64,000 nt of DNA. Origin: the human T2T-CHM13v2.0 reference genome, Homo sapiens. Below are positions 13,139-31,556 of this stretch, in pieces (the first letter of the stretch is position 1; every line of letters begins with the position of its first letter). Location of the stretch: NCBI RefSeq assembly GCF_009914755.1, contig NC_060936.1. One strand, given 5' to 3'. A model generated the notes under the pieces. The model was not told where the DNA came from and did not search any database. It saw only the letters and a program-made list of their open reading frames with translations. Position numbers and translations under genes: made by a program.

Positions 13139-13525
13139 TGTTATGAACTTAATTTTGTGTTCCCCCACCCAATTCATGTGTTGCAGCCCTAACGACCAAC
13201 ATGATGGTTTTTGGAGATGTGGCCTTTGGGAGGTAGTTAAGTTGAGATTAGTCATGAGGATGGGACTCTGTGATGGGATTAGTGCCCTTATAAGAAGAGA
13301 AAGACAGAGACATCATTTCTCCATGTGCATTAAGAATGGCCATGTGAGCACACAGTGAGAAAGCTGCTGTCTACAAGCCAGAAAGTGGTCATCCACTAAT
13401 AACCAAGTCTGCTAGCATCTTTATCGTAGACTTCCCATCTTCCAGAACCATGAGAAATAAATTTCTGTTGTTTAAACCACCCAGTGTATGGTATTTTGTT
13501 GTAACAGACCAAGCTGACTAAGACA
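13139..13525 (+). mobile_element. MaLR solo LTR (MLT1A-like)
   Basis: tgttatgaact... start; ggattagtgcccttataagaagag; aataaatttctgttgtttaa...gactaagaca end. Confidence 0.85.
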
Positions 13526-13660
13526 ACATTTCTTTTCATGTTTGTGATTTTTCATTGTTTTTGAAAGCTTTTACCACTCTGGGTACTGATCTCTACGCCC
13601 ATGGCTTTTTGTTGTTTGCTTATTTGTTCGTTTAGCAACCTGACTGATAAATTTAATTAA

Positions 13661-14092
<432 letters not shown>

Positions 14093-15721
14093 TGATATTT
14101 CTGTTAAATTGTTCACTTCTGTTGGTATCATACCAAGGTGTTAGGCTCCACTACTTTCCAGCTTATCCCTCTATTGTTTCTAATAATGCCCCGGGGCATA
14201 AGTTGTTCCACAGTCTGATGCATTAAATTCAGGCCTCTTTGAGGGGTAGTGTTTGAGGCGTCTCTGAGGTTTGTCCAGACCCCAGGAGAGCTCTTTATCT
14301 GATTCTTTCTGGGAAACTGACTTTGAGTTTATATATTAATAGTTGCTCACCTGCAGCTGCCAGTCCCTTTTTAATTGCTTACTACAAAAAAAAAAAACTC
14401 CATTATTTTTGAGAATACCCTTAGGTTTGAACTTCCTCACAAGAGTGTGGTCCATAAAGACTGAGTTCCTTTAGGGAGAGCTTGGGAGCTCTTTGTTCTT
14501 ATGACCTGCTCCTCTTCCTTCTTAAAAATCTGAGACACCAGGTGCAGTGGTCCATTTTTCTCTGGGTGACATCTTTATTTTAAAAGCAGGGTGCTGGGTG
14601 GGGACACTAGCCTCTAGTATTCTCAGCCTGCCTCTCCCAAATTGGAACTTATGGCCTATGAGTGAGCTGACGTGAGGGTTATTCGGCCATAGTAGTCTCA
14701 ACTTGCCATGCATGGAGTGGGGCATCTGACCTGCAAGTAGGGCTGGGTGGAGGAAGGGAGCCTGTGTCTCTCTTAGTCACACTGACCTGGTATTTAGACT
14801 CTGCCACATGGAGCTAGAGTGGAGATGAGGAATGTTGGTAGCCTGCCTCCCCTTGGGAAATAACACAGCTACACCTGGCGTATGGGGGTGGTAAGAGCCC
14901 CATCTTTGACCACATCTGTCTGAAATAGAGATTCTGTTATTCTTAGCTGAGTAGTGTGGAAGAAGGAAGTGGGTTCTGGCTCATGTGCCACTTGCTCTTC
15001 TTTCTGAGATTTCAGAGATTTTCTTAAATCGATGCCTCCTTATTTGATGTCTGCCCTTAGGATGGTTTCCATTTAAATGGTTAAACCAGTATCCTTTAAA
15101 TGTTTTTTTTTAAAGAATACAAATTTTCTCCAATTATGATTGTTTTGGTGGAGAGTGGGTCCACAGAGCTCCTTAGAGAGCCAAGTCATCTCCAAAGTCA
15201 GCACTTCAGAATATTATGTTAATAATGTTATAGGTGATATGTAAATATACAAATCTTAAAGGTAGTATGCAATTGACTCCAGTTTGGTAACCACTGAAGA
15301 AACATACTTGAAGTACCCTAAACTGTCAAGTTTATCAATATTAGTTATTATTTTTAAATTTATGGTAATTTCTGAGATTACTGAAATCTATAAGGAAGTA
15401 AGGCAGTTGGAAGTGCAGTGCTGGGCAGCAAGCATTCTGCTCCTGGCTGACCTTGAAAATTTGGTAGTGGTAGAGGCAGTGGGAAGTGAGTTTTTGATTG
15501 AGTTATCTCTGCAAAGGTATCAAATGGCTATGTTTATGTTGCCCCAATGATTTTCTTCTGGCTGTTTTTGAAACAGCTAAATGTGTACTTGCTGGATAAA
15601 GGGAGCAACACTTGGATTGGTACTCGGAATCTCTGTACACAAAAATCCAGGCAAAGAGTCAGCACCTGGCTTCCCAAGAAGCTCTGCTCATCTGTGTTCT
15701 GTAGGCTATTCTGGGCCTTGA

Positions 15722-16087
<366 letters not shown>

Positions 16088-17000
16088 TAACTGGGCATGT
16101 GGTCTCTGTGGCAGGCAGGATTTATAGTCTATTCTGAAGAGCCTGACCACAGGCTGCTGGACAGGGGGATCCATATCCTTAAAAATACACAATTATTAGA
16201 ATATTGTAAGCATTGCATCTTCCTGCAAGACAAGAGAGAGTCAGGTGACTCATCCCATTTTGTGAAAGGAAAGGGAGGCTTCTGTGGCCATAAATCTGTT
16301 TTGAAACAAGCACCCTCTGTATGAGGAGTTGCCAGCAGTGATTTAGGGAAGACAATGGAGCATCAGACTCTTCAACTGAGTTATAATATCCATCTTGAGT
16401 GAGTAGGAGGTGCTGTCATTCTGGGACTTCTGTTTAGTCATCAGTAAGATGGGCATCTTAATGGCATCTTCAAATGAGATTTATAAATCATAGTTGCGAT
16501 GTGTCAGCAGAGCCTTTCAATTGTGCCTACTGTGTGCTTTCAGGAAATACATCTCTTACTTCAGCATTTCTTCAAACACGGCACATGTGCCACTGGGGAT
16601 GTATCAAATGAGGCTTGGTGGCACATAGACATACCTTTCAAGATTTTTAATATCTATACATTTATTTTAATGTACTTTAGACAATAATGTCATTATCACA
16701 AAGAATTACAGATATATTCTTGCTTGGGACAAAGCTGAGTAGGCAGAGCTGAATTGGCCTTTCCCAAACTGTGTGAATTTGAAGGACAGTGGCCAGTCAT
16801 GCCTATGAAAGTTATAAATCTTCAGCAAGTGAGCCTCCTTCCACAAGTTAATGGAAGGATGGAGAGATCAGATGTTATAGATCACCCACAAAATATGCAT
16901 ATTATCACTTCAAACCAGCTTAATGTGCTGTCTTTCTCCAATGATAAAACAAACTAGTTTAAGATCTGAAGACATGACAAAAGCTGTAAGAGTCCCACAC

Positions 17001-17380
17001 TATAATAGTCTGTTCTCACACTGCTAATAAAGACACACCTGAGACTGGGTAATTTATAAAGGAAAGAGTTTTAATTGACACACAGTTCAGCATGCCTGGG
17101 AAGGCCTCAGGAAACTTACAATAATGGTGGAAGGGGAAGCAAACAAATCCTTCTTCACATGGTGGCAGGAAGGAGAAGTAACAAGCAAAAAGGGAAAAAA
17201 GCCCTTTATAAAACCATCAGATCTTGTGAGAACTCACTTACTATCACAAGAATAGCAGCATGAGAGTAACTGCCCCAATGATTCCATTGCCTCCCACTGA
17301 GTCCCTCCAATGACATGTGGGGATTATGGGAACTACAATTCAAGTTGAGATTTGGTTGGGGACACAGCCAAACCATATCA
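17001..17380 (-). mobile_element. MaLR solo LTR (THE1 family)
   Basis: ctgctaataaagaca...gagactgggtaatttataaaggaaagag...gacacagccaaaccatatca; flanks cacac/cacag. Confidence 0.88.
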
Positions 17381-17469
17381 CACAGACAACTGAACTTTGG
17401 GAGACTTGGCCCAAGATATGCCATTGATTCAAACCTCATAAGAAGTTAAATCACCATTAATAAATAAAT

Positions 17470-17930
17470 TCCATTAATCCATAAATACATTTTGAGTCTG
17501 TTGTGGTGCCAGGTGTGCCAGAGACACATAGATAATTAAGACCTGATTTATGACCTTGAATGGGTCACGTTTATAAATCCTCCTGTAAACATGGGTAAAA
17601 TGTAAAAGTAAAATGGGGGCACATGAGTGTTACTATTGGAGAGACGGGGAAGACTTTATGGAGAAGGTGATGTTTGAGCCGTGTCTTGAGGGGTGCACAG
17701 GAGGCAGACAAGAATGATGAGGGCATTTCAGACAGAGAAGAACATAAGAGCAAGAATTATAAAAGCAAGGTGAATGTAAGGAATGATGATCTCTTTGAGT
17801 AGAGGGAAGGGGGAGTTTGAGTGTTAGGTGCATGTTGGTGGGAGTATGGGAGCGGGGCTTGAGGTTAGAAAGACAGATGGAGATTTGAAGACCATCAAAA
17901 CTCTGCTAAGGTATGTGGACCAAATTTATG
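17470..17930 (-). mobile_element. Degenerate L2 fragment
   Basis: Purine-rich motifs typical of antisense L2 (ggaagactttatggagaaggtgatgtttgagc, ggcatttcagacagagaagaac). Confidence 0.55.
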
Positions 17931-20900
17931 GATCTCAGTGGCAGATATAAGACATGCATGTGGTAAGACACTGCTCCCTAGCATGTGGTCATAGTAGACA
18001 TCATTAATCAATCCCAGCACTCCTTCATGCTGGAGCCCAGATTCCTTCTCAAGCAGAACTCCCTTGAGTAACAACTATGACTTGATTTGCATTGGCCAGC
18101 AAGATGAACCTATTTCTTACCTCTGGTAGAGTCTGTGGGGAACCAGCAAAAGTTTTTAATAAGGAATGGAGAGCATGATGTTAATGAGGACAAGATATGG
18201 ACCTCGAAGGGTGACATACTTTCCTACCTTTCCTCTGGCATCATGCTATACATATCAGGATGACGTGATCATAAAATGACAGGCCTTGAGACAAATATTT
18301 CCCAAAGACACGCTCTATTTGTCTAGAAAAGTACTTTAAAACTATATATAACTTAGATGCCAATATTGTATCACTAAGAATCTAGATTTCCCATTTCTCT
18401 TGAAGAATCAGGATCTCTCTGAACATAGTCCTTGCATTCCCACATGGCAGCAGTGGGCTCAGCTGAGGTCTCTTTCAGCAGGGCTTGGGGTGTCCTCCCT
18501 GCAGTCCCATGTCCTGTCATTCACAGCAGACCCACCTTCCTCATTTAGGTCACCTCCCTGTTCTCAACAGGGATTTAGTTGTTGAGTTAACTCCCACCAG
18601 ACCTCCTTAAAGTTCCATCCCAGGCCAATTGTGCTGAAAAATATGGCTTAATTACATGTTTAAACTGAATTCTATTACAGATATGTTAGATGAGATTACC
18701 TGCATTAGATAAGTTACACTGGAATAGTATGTTAGATGTGATTATCTTAATTTATTGCTAATGTAAATCAAAGGTTCCCACAAAGCAGAGTCTTTTAAAG
18801 TAAGAATCACAATAAGTCACCATGGGAGCCAGGTCTGAGGCCACACAGAAGTAGAACTTTCATAGCCAGGTTTCCAACCAACCTTTCCTGTGCTGGAAAG
18901 GACTCACAGTCAAGAAAGGTGTAGATCCTGCAGACTGCGTGGAGGCCATGCTTTCACATCAAGCCTTCCTCGGTGACTTGCTCAGCCTGACTGTGTTCTT
19001 ATTTGCTGGGTCTCTCTCTGGAAATCTCCACTTTGAGTGTGAGTTTAGGTGTCCAGCCTTCTCTGGGTAGCACTGAACAGATCTGAAGCTCTGCCATGTC
19101 TTTTCAGCTTGGGCCTTTCCAGAAACCTTTTTTCTGCTCTCATTCTGGAGCAAGTGGTGGGGAGGACATCATTTGTATTTACTTTTCCCTTTTCTCAAAG
19201 TCTCAGAGACAAAAATGCTCAGCTAACAATTTTTATACCTTGAGTTCACAATTCAGAGCATTCATTTGATAAACATTTCTTTTCTAAAATAAATTTTTAT
19301 AGTTTCAAAACAAGTTTAGAAAACACAAGCCCTGCAGTTCTCTTTTTCTCCCCTGAGAATATGCTTATTCTGCCAAAATGTTTGTCTTTTCTTTGACTAA
19401 TTTATGTACAGACCCTGAACACCTAAGCTTGTGGCTTGAGCACCTGTGCCAATGGCACCTAATTAACAGCGCTTTTCTCCAGTAGGTTCGGGGAGTGCAG
19501 TCAGAACTGGGGCTGGGCAGCATGATATGCTGGGATTTCACCAGATCATCAACGCCCAATCCCTTCTCAGGCACCATTTGATGAATTGTAAGCCTAGATA
19601 TTTTCCTAGGCTTACAAATGTTGGTGGTGCTTTTTAAATCTCCCTATGCCATGAAATAAATGCCAAAATGAAAACATCCTACAGATAAACATATGCTAAA
19701 CTTTGTAATCAAATCATAATCTTGGGCCTGCATTGCTTGTATAGTCTTGATAAGGGGCAACATTTTGGTAACACTTGACTATAAAGGTAGAATCAAACCT
19801 TGTTCCATGTGGTTTGGACAGGGCTTTTTCTCCTTGGGTAAGAATATTTTGTTGTCTTCATATGGGAGTCCTACCAAGCAGATTCCAGAGATTGTCTGTG
19901 CTCTATGCTGGTGCCATCTAATAGGGAGTGAGATAAGGTCAGGTTATGGGGGTCATTGAGGCCTGTTGGAACAGAGATGTCCTGGGAATCTCAAATTAAG
20001 ATGGGTATCAGTCCCTTCTTGTAGTTGGGTTGGGCTGAACACAGCCACTGAGTCCTGGCATCTTATAAGCACTGTGCAAACCCTACTGTCCTAATCATTG
20101 TATTTTACAATATTTTGCAGATGAGTCAGTCTCCTTCACTTAGTTGGGCTTCCTGCAGGGCATCGCCTCTCTGACTCACTTTGTGTCCCCAGAGTCCTGC
20201 TCAGAGCCCACCATATAACATTGCTGGCCCCAAGGCAGGTCTGAATTTTAACCTCACCTTCAGTGTGAACTCTATGCCTTTAAGACAGTGACTTGTCCTC
20301 TCTGGGTTACATCTCCACTAAGTGGGCACAGATCAGACCTCTGAGTTCTCATTCAGTGCCAAGATGTTAAGATTCTACGATGGAAGTGTGTTGAATGAGA
20401 TGGAAAGAGAAAGCAGTGCAGTGATCCCCATTCTGCCCACCCTGCCCCAAGGCCCACACTGGCTGGGAGGCCTGGACATTCAGTCAGTTACAGGCTGAAC
20501 GCTGAGCAAACCAACAGAGAGAGATAAAGAAATGTCACATCCCAGCCAAGGTCCAATCATGGAGGCCAGATGAACCTGCTTGAAATGAATTGATAAAAAG
20601 AAATGTAGCCAAGTGCAAAGCATCATGATCAGATCTTGAAGGGCTGAGCTAGGGAGATCTTTTGGAAGTGGGGGCTGAGAGTGACTTCCAGTGCTGGTGA
20701 GGGGCAGAGAGGGGCTCCCAGGACCTGCCAGTTGCCAGCTGTATGATCCTGGACAGCCCACTTCATCTCATTTACTCTGCACCATTCTTGCATGTCTACA
20801 ATGTTCCAGGCCCCATCCATGATCTTAGGGTGCAGAAAATGAAATAAGGCAACAACCTTGTCTTCAAAGGACTTATATCACCATCCAATAAGGGCAGAGA

Positions 20901-21269
20901 AGTGTTAACAGGGTAGGTCTTAGCGTGAGAAGATACAAAGGTGACTGGGGATTCCTCAAGCCCCAAGGTTCGTGGACTTATTGTCCTCGAGCTCACTGTG
21001 ATAATTATTTGACTTTGCATATTCATTTCTAAAATAATCTTTAAAAGCATCATCCTATACTATTGACAGTAGACTGAAAAATTGCTACTCAAATTTAGTT
21101 ATGATGCTTGCGTTTGTGTTCACGATCTTACTAGAGTCCAGGGTTTGTGTGCGGTCCTTTTTGTCTTCAGCCATATCTGGTCAGAGCAATGTTTTCCAGA
21201 GTTACTTAGGTCAGTGCCTTTCTCCCCCACCCACTTTAGTGAGATCCTCCAAACATCGTGGTCGATGTT

Positions 21270-23930
<2,661 letters not shown>

Positions 23931-26900
23931 GAGGGTTTTTTAACATTTTTTTAATTTTTAATTTTTATGGTACATATTTATAGGGTACATGAGATGTTTT
24001 GATACAGGCATGTGATGTGTAATAATCACATCATGGAGAATGGGATGCCCATCCCCTCAAGCATTTATCCTTTGTGTTACAATCCAGTTATACTCTTCTA
24101 GTTATTTTAAAATGTACAATTAAATTATTATTGACTATAATCATAGTCACCCTGCTGTGCTATTAAATACTAGGTTTTATTCTTTCTATCATTTTGTATC
24201 CATTAACCATCCCCACCTCCCCCACAGCACCCACTGCCCTTCCTAGCCTCTGGTAACCATCCTTCCACTATCTTCGTGAGTTCAATTGTTTTGATTTTTA
24301 GATCCCACAAATAAGTAAGAACATGCAATGTTTGTCTTTCTGTGCCTAGCTTATTCACTTAAGATAAAGATCTCCAGTTCCATCCATGTTGTTGCAAATG
24401 ACAAGAGCTCATTCTTTTTTATAGCTGAATAGTACTCCATTGGGTATATGTACCACATTTTCTTTATCCATTCATCTGTTGATGCTTCCAAATCTTGGCT
24501 ATTGTCAACAGTGCTGCAACAAACGTGGGAGTGCAGATATCTCTTTGAAGTAATGATTTCCTTTCTTTTGGGTATATATCTAGCAGTGGGATTGCTGGAC
24601 TATATGATAGCTCAACTTTTAGGATTTAGAGGAACTTCCAAATTTTCTCCACAGCAGTTGTACTAATTTACATTCCTATCAGGAGTGTACAAGGGTTCCC
24701 TTTTCTCTATATCCTTGCTAGCATTTGTTATTGCCTGTCTTGGATAAAAGCCATTTTAACTGGGGTGAGATAATATCTCATTGTGGTTTTGATTTGCATT
24801 TCTCTGATGATCAGTGATGTTGAACACCTTTTCATATGCCTGTTTGCCATTTCTGTCTTCTTTTGAGAAATGGCTATTCAAATATTTTGTCCATGTTTTG
24901 ATTGAATTATTCAATTTTTTTCCAATTAAGTTGTTTGAGCTCCTTGTATATTCTGGCTATTAATCCCTTGTCAGATGAATAGTCTGCAAGTATTTCTATC
25001 CCGTTCTGTGGGTTGTCTCTTTACTTTGTAGATTGTTTCCTTTGACACGCAGAAGCCTCTTAACTTGATATGATCCCATTTGCCCATTTTTGCTTTGGTT
25101 GCCTATGCTTGTAGGATAATATTCAAGAAGTTTTTGCCCAGACCAGTGTTCTGGAGAGATTCCCTAATGTTTTCTTGCAGTAGTTTCATAGTTTGAGGGC
25201 TTAGATTTAAGTCTTTAATCCATTTTGATTTGATTTTTGTATATGGTAAGATATAGAGGTTTAGTTTCATTTCTCTACATATGGATATCCAGGTTTCCCA
25301 GCACCATTTATTGAAGAGACTGCTTTTTCCCCAGTGTATGTTCTTGGCACGTTTGTTGGAAGTGAGTTCACTGTAGGTGTGTGGATTTGTTTCTGGGTCC
25401 TCTATTCTGTTCCATTGGTCTATGTGTCTATTTTTATGCCAGAACCATGCTGTCTTGGCTGCTATAGCTCTGTAGTGTAATTTAAAGTCAGGTAATGTGA
25501 TTCCTCCAGTTTTGCTTTCTTTGCTTAGGATAGCTTTGGCTATTCTGGGTCTTTTGTGGTTCCATAGAAATTCTAGGATTTTTTTTTTCATTTCTGTGAA
25601 GAATGTCATTGGTATTTTGATAGGGATTGCATTTAATCTGTAGATTGCTTTGGGTAGTATGCACATTTTAACAATACTTCCAGCACATGAACGTAGAATA
25701 TCTTTCCATTTTTTGCTGTCCCCTTTAATTTCTTTCATCAGTGTTTCATAGTTTTCAGTATAGAGATCGTTTACTTCTTTGGTTAATTCCTAGGAATTTA
25801 ATGTTATTTATTGCTATTGTAAGTGGGATTATTTTTTAAATTTCTTTTTCTGATTGTTCATTGTTGGCATATAGAAATGCTACTGATTTTTGTATGTTGA
25901 TTTTGTATCCTGCAATGTTACTGGATTTGTTCATCAGTTCTAATAGTTTTTTGGTGGAGTCTTTAAGTTTTTCCAAATATAAGATCATATAATCTGCAAC
26001 CAAGGATAATTTGACTTCTTCCTTTCCAATTTGGATACTCTTTATTTCTTTTCCTTGTCTGATTGCTTTAGCTGGGACATCCAGTACTATGCTGAATAAC
26101 AGTGGTAAAAGTGGGCATCCCTGTCATGTTCCACATCTCAGAGGAAGGGCTTTCAGTTTTTCCCTAATCAGTATAATACTAACTGTGGGTCTGTGGTATA
26201 TGGCTTTTATTATGTTGAAGTATGTTCCTTGTATACTCAGTTTTTTGAAGGTTTTTATCATGAAGAGACGTTGAACTTTATCAGATTCTTTTTCAGCATC
26301 AGTTGAAATGATTATATGGCTTTTGTCCTTCATTCTGTTGACATGATGTATCACATTAATTCATTTGCATATGTTGAACCATCCTTGCATCCCAGGGATA
26401 AATCCCACTTGATCATGATGAATCATCTTTCTAATGTATTGTTGAATTCAGTTTGCTAGTATTTTGTTGAGGATTTTTGGATTAGTATGCACCAGAGGTA
26501 TTGGCCTGTAGTTTTCTTTTTCTGATGTCTTTGCCTGGTTTTGGTATCAGGGAAATACTAGCCTTGTAAAATGAATTTGGAAGTATTCCCTCCTCCTCTG
26601 TTTTTTGGAATAGTTTGAATAAGATTGGTATTAATTCTTCTTTAAATAGTTGGTATAATTTAGCAATAAAGCCCTCAGGTCCCAGGCTTTTCTTTATTGG
26701 GAGACTTTTTGTTATGGCTTGGATCTCATTACTTGTTATTGGTCTCTTCAGGTTTTGGATTTCTTCATGATTCAATCATGGTGGGTTAAATGTGTCTAGG
26801 AATTTGTCCATTTCTTCTAGAGTTTCCAATTTATTTATGTATAGTTGCTTATGGTAGCCACTAATAATCCTTTGAATATCTGCAGTATCAGTTGTAATGT

Positions 26901-27008
26901 CTGCTTTTTCATCCCTGCTTTTGTTTATTTGGATCTTATCTCTTTTTTTCTTAGTTATTCTAGCTAAAAGTTTGTCAATTTTGTTTAACTTTTCAAAAAA
27001 CCAATTTT

Positions 27009-27345
27009 AGAAAAATTTTATTTTAGGTTCAGGGGTATATGTGCAGGTTTGTTATATAGGTAAACTCATGTCATGGGTGCTTATTGTATAGATTATCTTG
27101 TCACCCAGGTACTACGCCTAGTACCCAATATTTTTTCTGCTCCTTTTCCTCCTCCCATCCTCCATCCTCAATTAGGCCCCACTGTCTGTTGTTCCCTTCT
27201 TTGCGTACATAAGTTCTCATCATTTAGCTGACACTTATAAGTGAGAACATGTGGTATTTGGCTTTCTCTTCCTGCGTTAGTTTGGTAAGGATAATGGCCT
27301 GCAGATTCATCCATGTTCACACAAAAGACACGATCTCATTCTTAG
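27009..27345 (-). mobile_element. Older L1PA (PA13-16-like) 3' fragment nested in L1MA ORF2
   Basis: ttttaggttcaggggtatatgtgcaggtttgttat 3' end; degenerate TSD aaaaaa(c/a)caa(t/c)ttt. Confidence 0.85.
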
Positions 27346-30300
27346 AAAAAAACAACTTTTTGTTTCATTGATCTTTTGTATTGTTTTATTTAATTTAAAT
27401 TCATTTATTTCTGCTCCAATCTTTATTTCTATTCTCTACTAACTTTGGGTTTGGTTTGCTGTTGCTTTTCTAGTTCTTTAAGATGAATCATTAAATTGTT
27501 TATTTGAAGTTTTTCTTCTTTTTTTGATGTAGGCATTTACAGCTATATACTTCCCTTAGGATTTCTTTTGCTGTATGCCATAGGTTTTCTTATGTTGTGT
27601 TTCCATTAACATTAGTTTTAAGAAATTTTTCAATTTTTTTTCTTAATTTGTTCATTAATCCAATGGTCATTCAGGAGCATGTTGTTTAATTTCCATGTAT
27701 TTGCATAGTTTCCAAAATTCCTCTTGTTATTGATTTCTAGTTTTATTCCATTGTGGTCTGAGAAGATAATTAATATTGTTTCAAATTTTTTAAAGTGTTT
27801 TAAGACTTGTTTTGTGACCTAACATATTGTCTGTCCTTGAGAATAATTCACATGCTCAGGAGAAGAATGTATATTCTGCAGGCTTTGGATAAAATGTTCT
27901 GTAAATATCTATTAAATCCATTTGGTCTATAGTGCAGATTAAGTCCACTGTTTCTTTGTTGATTTTCTGTTGGAAAGATCTGTCCAATGTTGAAAGTGGG
28001 ATGTTGAAGTGTCCAGCTATTATTGTATTGGAGTCTGTCTCTTTAGTTCTAATAGTATTTGCTTTATATATCTGAGTGCTCCAGTGTTGGGAGCATATTT
28101 AGTTAAAATTGTTATATCCTTTTGCTGAATTAACTCATTTATCATTATATAGTGTCCTTCTTTGTCTCTTCTTAGAGTTTTGTCTTGAAGTCAATTTGTC
28201 GGATATAAGCACAGCTACTCCTGTTCTTTTTTGGCTTCTGTTGGCATGGAATATCTTTTTCCATCCGTTTATTTTCAGTCTATATGTGTCTTTATAGGTG
28301 AAATGTGTTTCTTGTAGGCAACACATCAATGGGTCTTTTTAAAAAATCCATTTAGCCACTCTGTTTTTTTATTGAAGAGTTTAATCAGTTTACATTCACT
28401 GTTATTATTAAGTAAGGACTTACTCCTTCCATTTTGTTACTAGTTTTCTGGTTGTTTTGTACTCTTCTCTTCCTTCTTGCTTTCCTTCTTATTTTCTTTC
28501 TTGTGAAGGTGATTTTTTTGGTGATACAATTTACTTTCTTGCTTTTTTATATTTTATATGTTTGTTACATGTTTTTTAGTTTGAGATTACCGTGCGGCTT
28601 GCGAATACTATCTTATAACCCGTTATTTTAAACTGATAACAACTTAACATGGTTTGCATAAACAAATAAGCAAAAAGAAAACTAATAAAAACTCTACACA
28701 TTAACATCATCCCCCCACTTTTAAACTTTTTGTTGTTTCTGTTTATATTTTTTTGTACTATGTCCTGAAGAGTTGTTACAGTTATTATTTTTGATTGGTT
28801 CATCATTAAGTCTCTCTACTTAGGATAAGAGTAGTTTACCCATCCCACTTATAGTGTTATAATATTCTGTATTTTTCTGTGTCCTTACTATTACTAGTGA
28901 GTTTTGCACCTTCAGGTGATTACTTATTGCTCATTAATGTCCTTTTCTTTCTGATTGAAATACTCCCTTTAGCATTTCTTACAGGACAGGCCTGATGATG
29001 AAATCCCTCAGCTTTTGCTTGTCTGGGAAAGTCTTTATTTTTCCTTTATGTTTGAAGGATATTTTGGCCAAGATGTACTATTCTAGTGTCAAAGTTTTTT
29101 TTTCCTCCTTCAGCACTTTAAATATGTCATGCCACTCTCTTCTGGCCTTTAAGGTTTTTACTGAAAATTCTGTTGCTAGATGTATTGAGGCTCCATTGTA
29201 TGTTATTTGTTTCTTTTCTCTTGCTATTTTTAGGATCTATTCTTTATCTTTGATATTGGAGAGTTTATTAAATGCCTTGTGGTAATCTTCTTTGGGTTAA
29301 ATCTTCTTGGTGTTTTATAACCTTCTTGTACTTGGATAGTGACTTTTTTTTGTAGGTTTGAGAAGTTCTCTGTTATTATCCCTCTAAATAAAGTTTCTAC
29401 CTGTCTCTTACTCTACCTCCTCTTCGAAGCCAATAACTCTCAGATTTGTCCTTTTGAGGCTATTTTCTTGTAGGTGTGCTACAAGAAAATAGATTTTGTA
29501 GGTGTGCTTGCTTGATTTTTATTCTTTTTTTAAATTTTGTCTCCTCTGGAGATATATTTTCAAATAACTTGTCTTCAAGCTCACTGATTCTTTCTTGAAT
29601 CTCCTTGTTCAATTCTGCTAGTAAGTGACTGGTGCGTTCTTCAGTATGTCAATTGCATTTTTCAGCTCAAGAATTTCTGCTTGTTTTTAATTATTTCAAT
29701 CTCTTTGTTAAATTGATCTGATAGAATTCTGAATTCCTTCTCTGTGTTATCTTGAATTTCTTTGAGTTTCCTCAAGACAGCTATTTTGAATTCTGTGTCT
29801 GAATGGTCACATATCTCTCTTTCTCCAGGATTGGTCTCTTGTGCTTTATTTAGTTTATTTGGTGAGGACATGTTTTCATGGATTGCCTTGATACTTGTAG
29901 ATGTTTAAATGTGTCTGGGCATTGAAGAGTTAGGTATTTATTATAGTCTTTACTGCCTGGGCATGTTTGTACCTGTTCTTTTTGGGAAGGCTTTCCAGGT
30001 ATTCAAAAGGACTTAGGTGTTGTGATCTAAGCTGTATCTGCTTTAGGGGGCACCCCAAGCCCAGTAATGCTGTGTTTCTTGCAGACGCATAGTGGTACCC
30101 CCTTGATGGTTTTAGTCAAGATCTGGGAGAATTCTCTGGTTTATTAGACAGAGATTCTTATTCTCTTCCCTTACTTTCTTCCAAACAAATGGAGTCTCTC
30201 TCTCTCTCTGTTCTGAGCCACCTGAAGCTGAGAGTGGAGTGACATAAGCACCCCTGTGGCCACTCCCACTATGACTGTGCTGGATCAGACCTGAAGCCAG

Positions 30301-31556
30301 CACAGCACTGGGTCTCATCCAAGGCTTGCTGTAACCATTCCCTAGCTACCAGTTATGTTTGCTCAAGGCCCTGGGGCTCTACAATCAGCAGGTGGCAAAG
30401 TCAGCCAGGTTGGTGCCCTTCCCTTCAGGGTGGTGAGTTTCCTCAGGATCTGGGTAGGTCCAGAGGTGCTGTCTGGGAGCCAGGGACTAGATTCAAAAAC
30501 CTTGGAAGTCTACCTGGTGTTCTATTGCATTGTAGCTAAGATGGCACTCAAACCACTAGACGCAGTCCTTCCCCCTCTTCCTTCGCCTTTCCAAATGCAG
30601 AGAAGCCTCACCCTGGGGCCACCACCACCACAGGCCTACAGAGTACTGCCAGACTACTGCCAATGTTCCCTTAAGGTACAAGATCTCTTCAGTCAGCTTG
30701 TAGTGAAGGCTACCCGGCCTGAGACTCACCCTGCAGGGCAGTGGGCTCCCGTCTGGCCCAAAGCAGGCCCAAAAATGCCATCCAAGAGCAAGTCTTCTAA
30801 TTGAGGGCCCCAAGAGCCCACTTGGTGCTCTATCCATGTGTGGTCAAGCTGGTACCTAAGGTGCAAGATAAATTCTTTACTTTTCCCTCTGCTTTTCTTA
30901 AGCAGGAATCTTGTCCTGTAACCATCACAGTTGGGAATGTGCTGAGTTTCACCTGAAGCCAGCAAATCTCAGAGGCTCAGCCATGGCCCTTGATGTAGTA
31001 CCAGGATATTGCCGCTGGTTTTTCGGGACCCAAGGATTCTTCAGCTAGTAGGTAATAAATGCTGCCAGGACTGGCTCCTTTCCTTCAAGGCAGTGTGTTC
31101 CCTTCTGGCCCAGGGTATGTCTAGTAATGTTATCTGGGAGCTAGAGCATGGAAAGGAGGCCTCAGGACTCTGATCAGTGCCCTATTCTGTTGTGTCTGAG
31201 TTGCTATCCAAGATGCAAGACAAAGTTCTCCCCATTCTTCCTTCTCTCCTCAAGTGGAGGGAAGGGGTCTTTTGTGGTACTGTAAGCTGTACAGCCTGGG
31301 GTTGGGGAAGGGTGATGCCAGCACTCCTTTAGCTGCCCCAGCTGGTATCTCAGTAGGTCACGTGCCCCCAGGTCCACTGGCCCTGGGCCCAGTTCAGCAC
31401 TAGGACTTGCCTAGGTGTTGTAATCCTTGTGGACTAGACTGCCTTTCAAGTTTATTTAGGAACACAGAGCACTTTAGCCCACAGTGGTAAGGATTGCAGA
31501 AATTCAAGTTTGGACTGCTGGGATTGGAGATTCCTCTCTGCCTAGGGCTGGATTTA

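Noticed and set aside
25103-25738. 211-aa ORF as a possible domesticated RT-related gene
   Set aside because: Fragment of L1 ORF2 flanked by stops and frameshifts within a decayed element.
30355-30804. 149-aa ORF antisense to the L1 5' region (ORF0-like?)
   Set aside because: No recognisable similarity to L1PA ORF0 or any protein family; this length is plausible by chance in GC-richer sequence.
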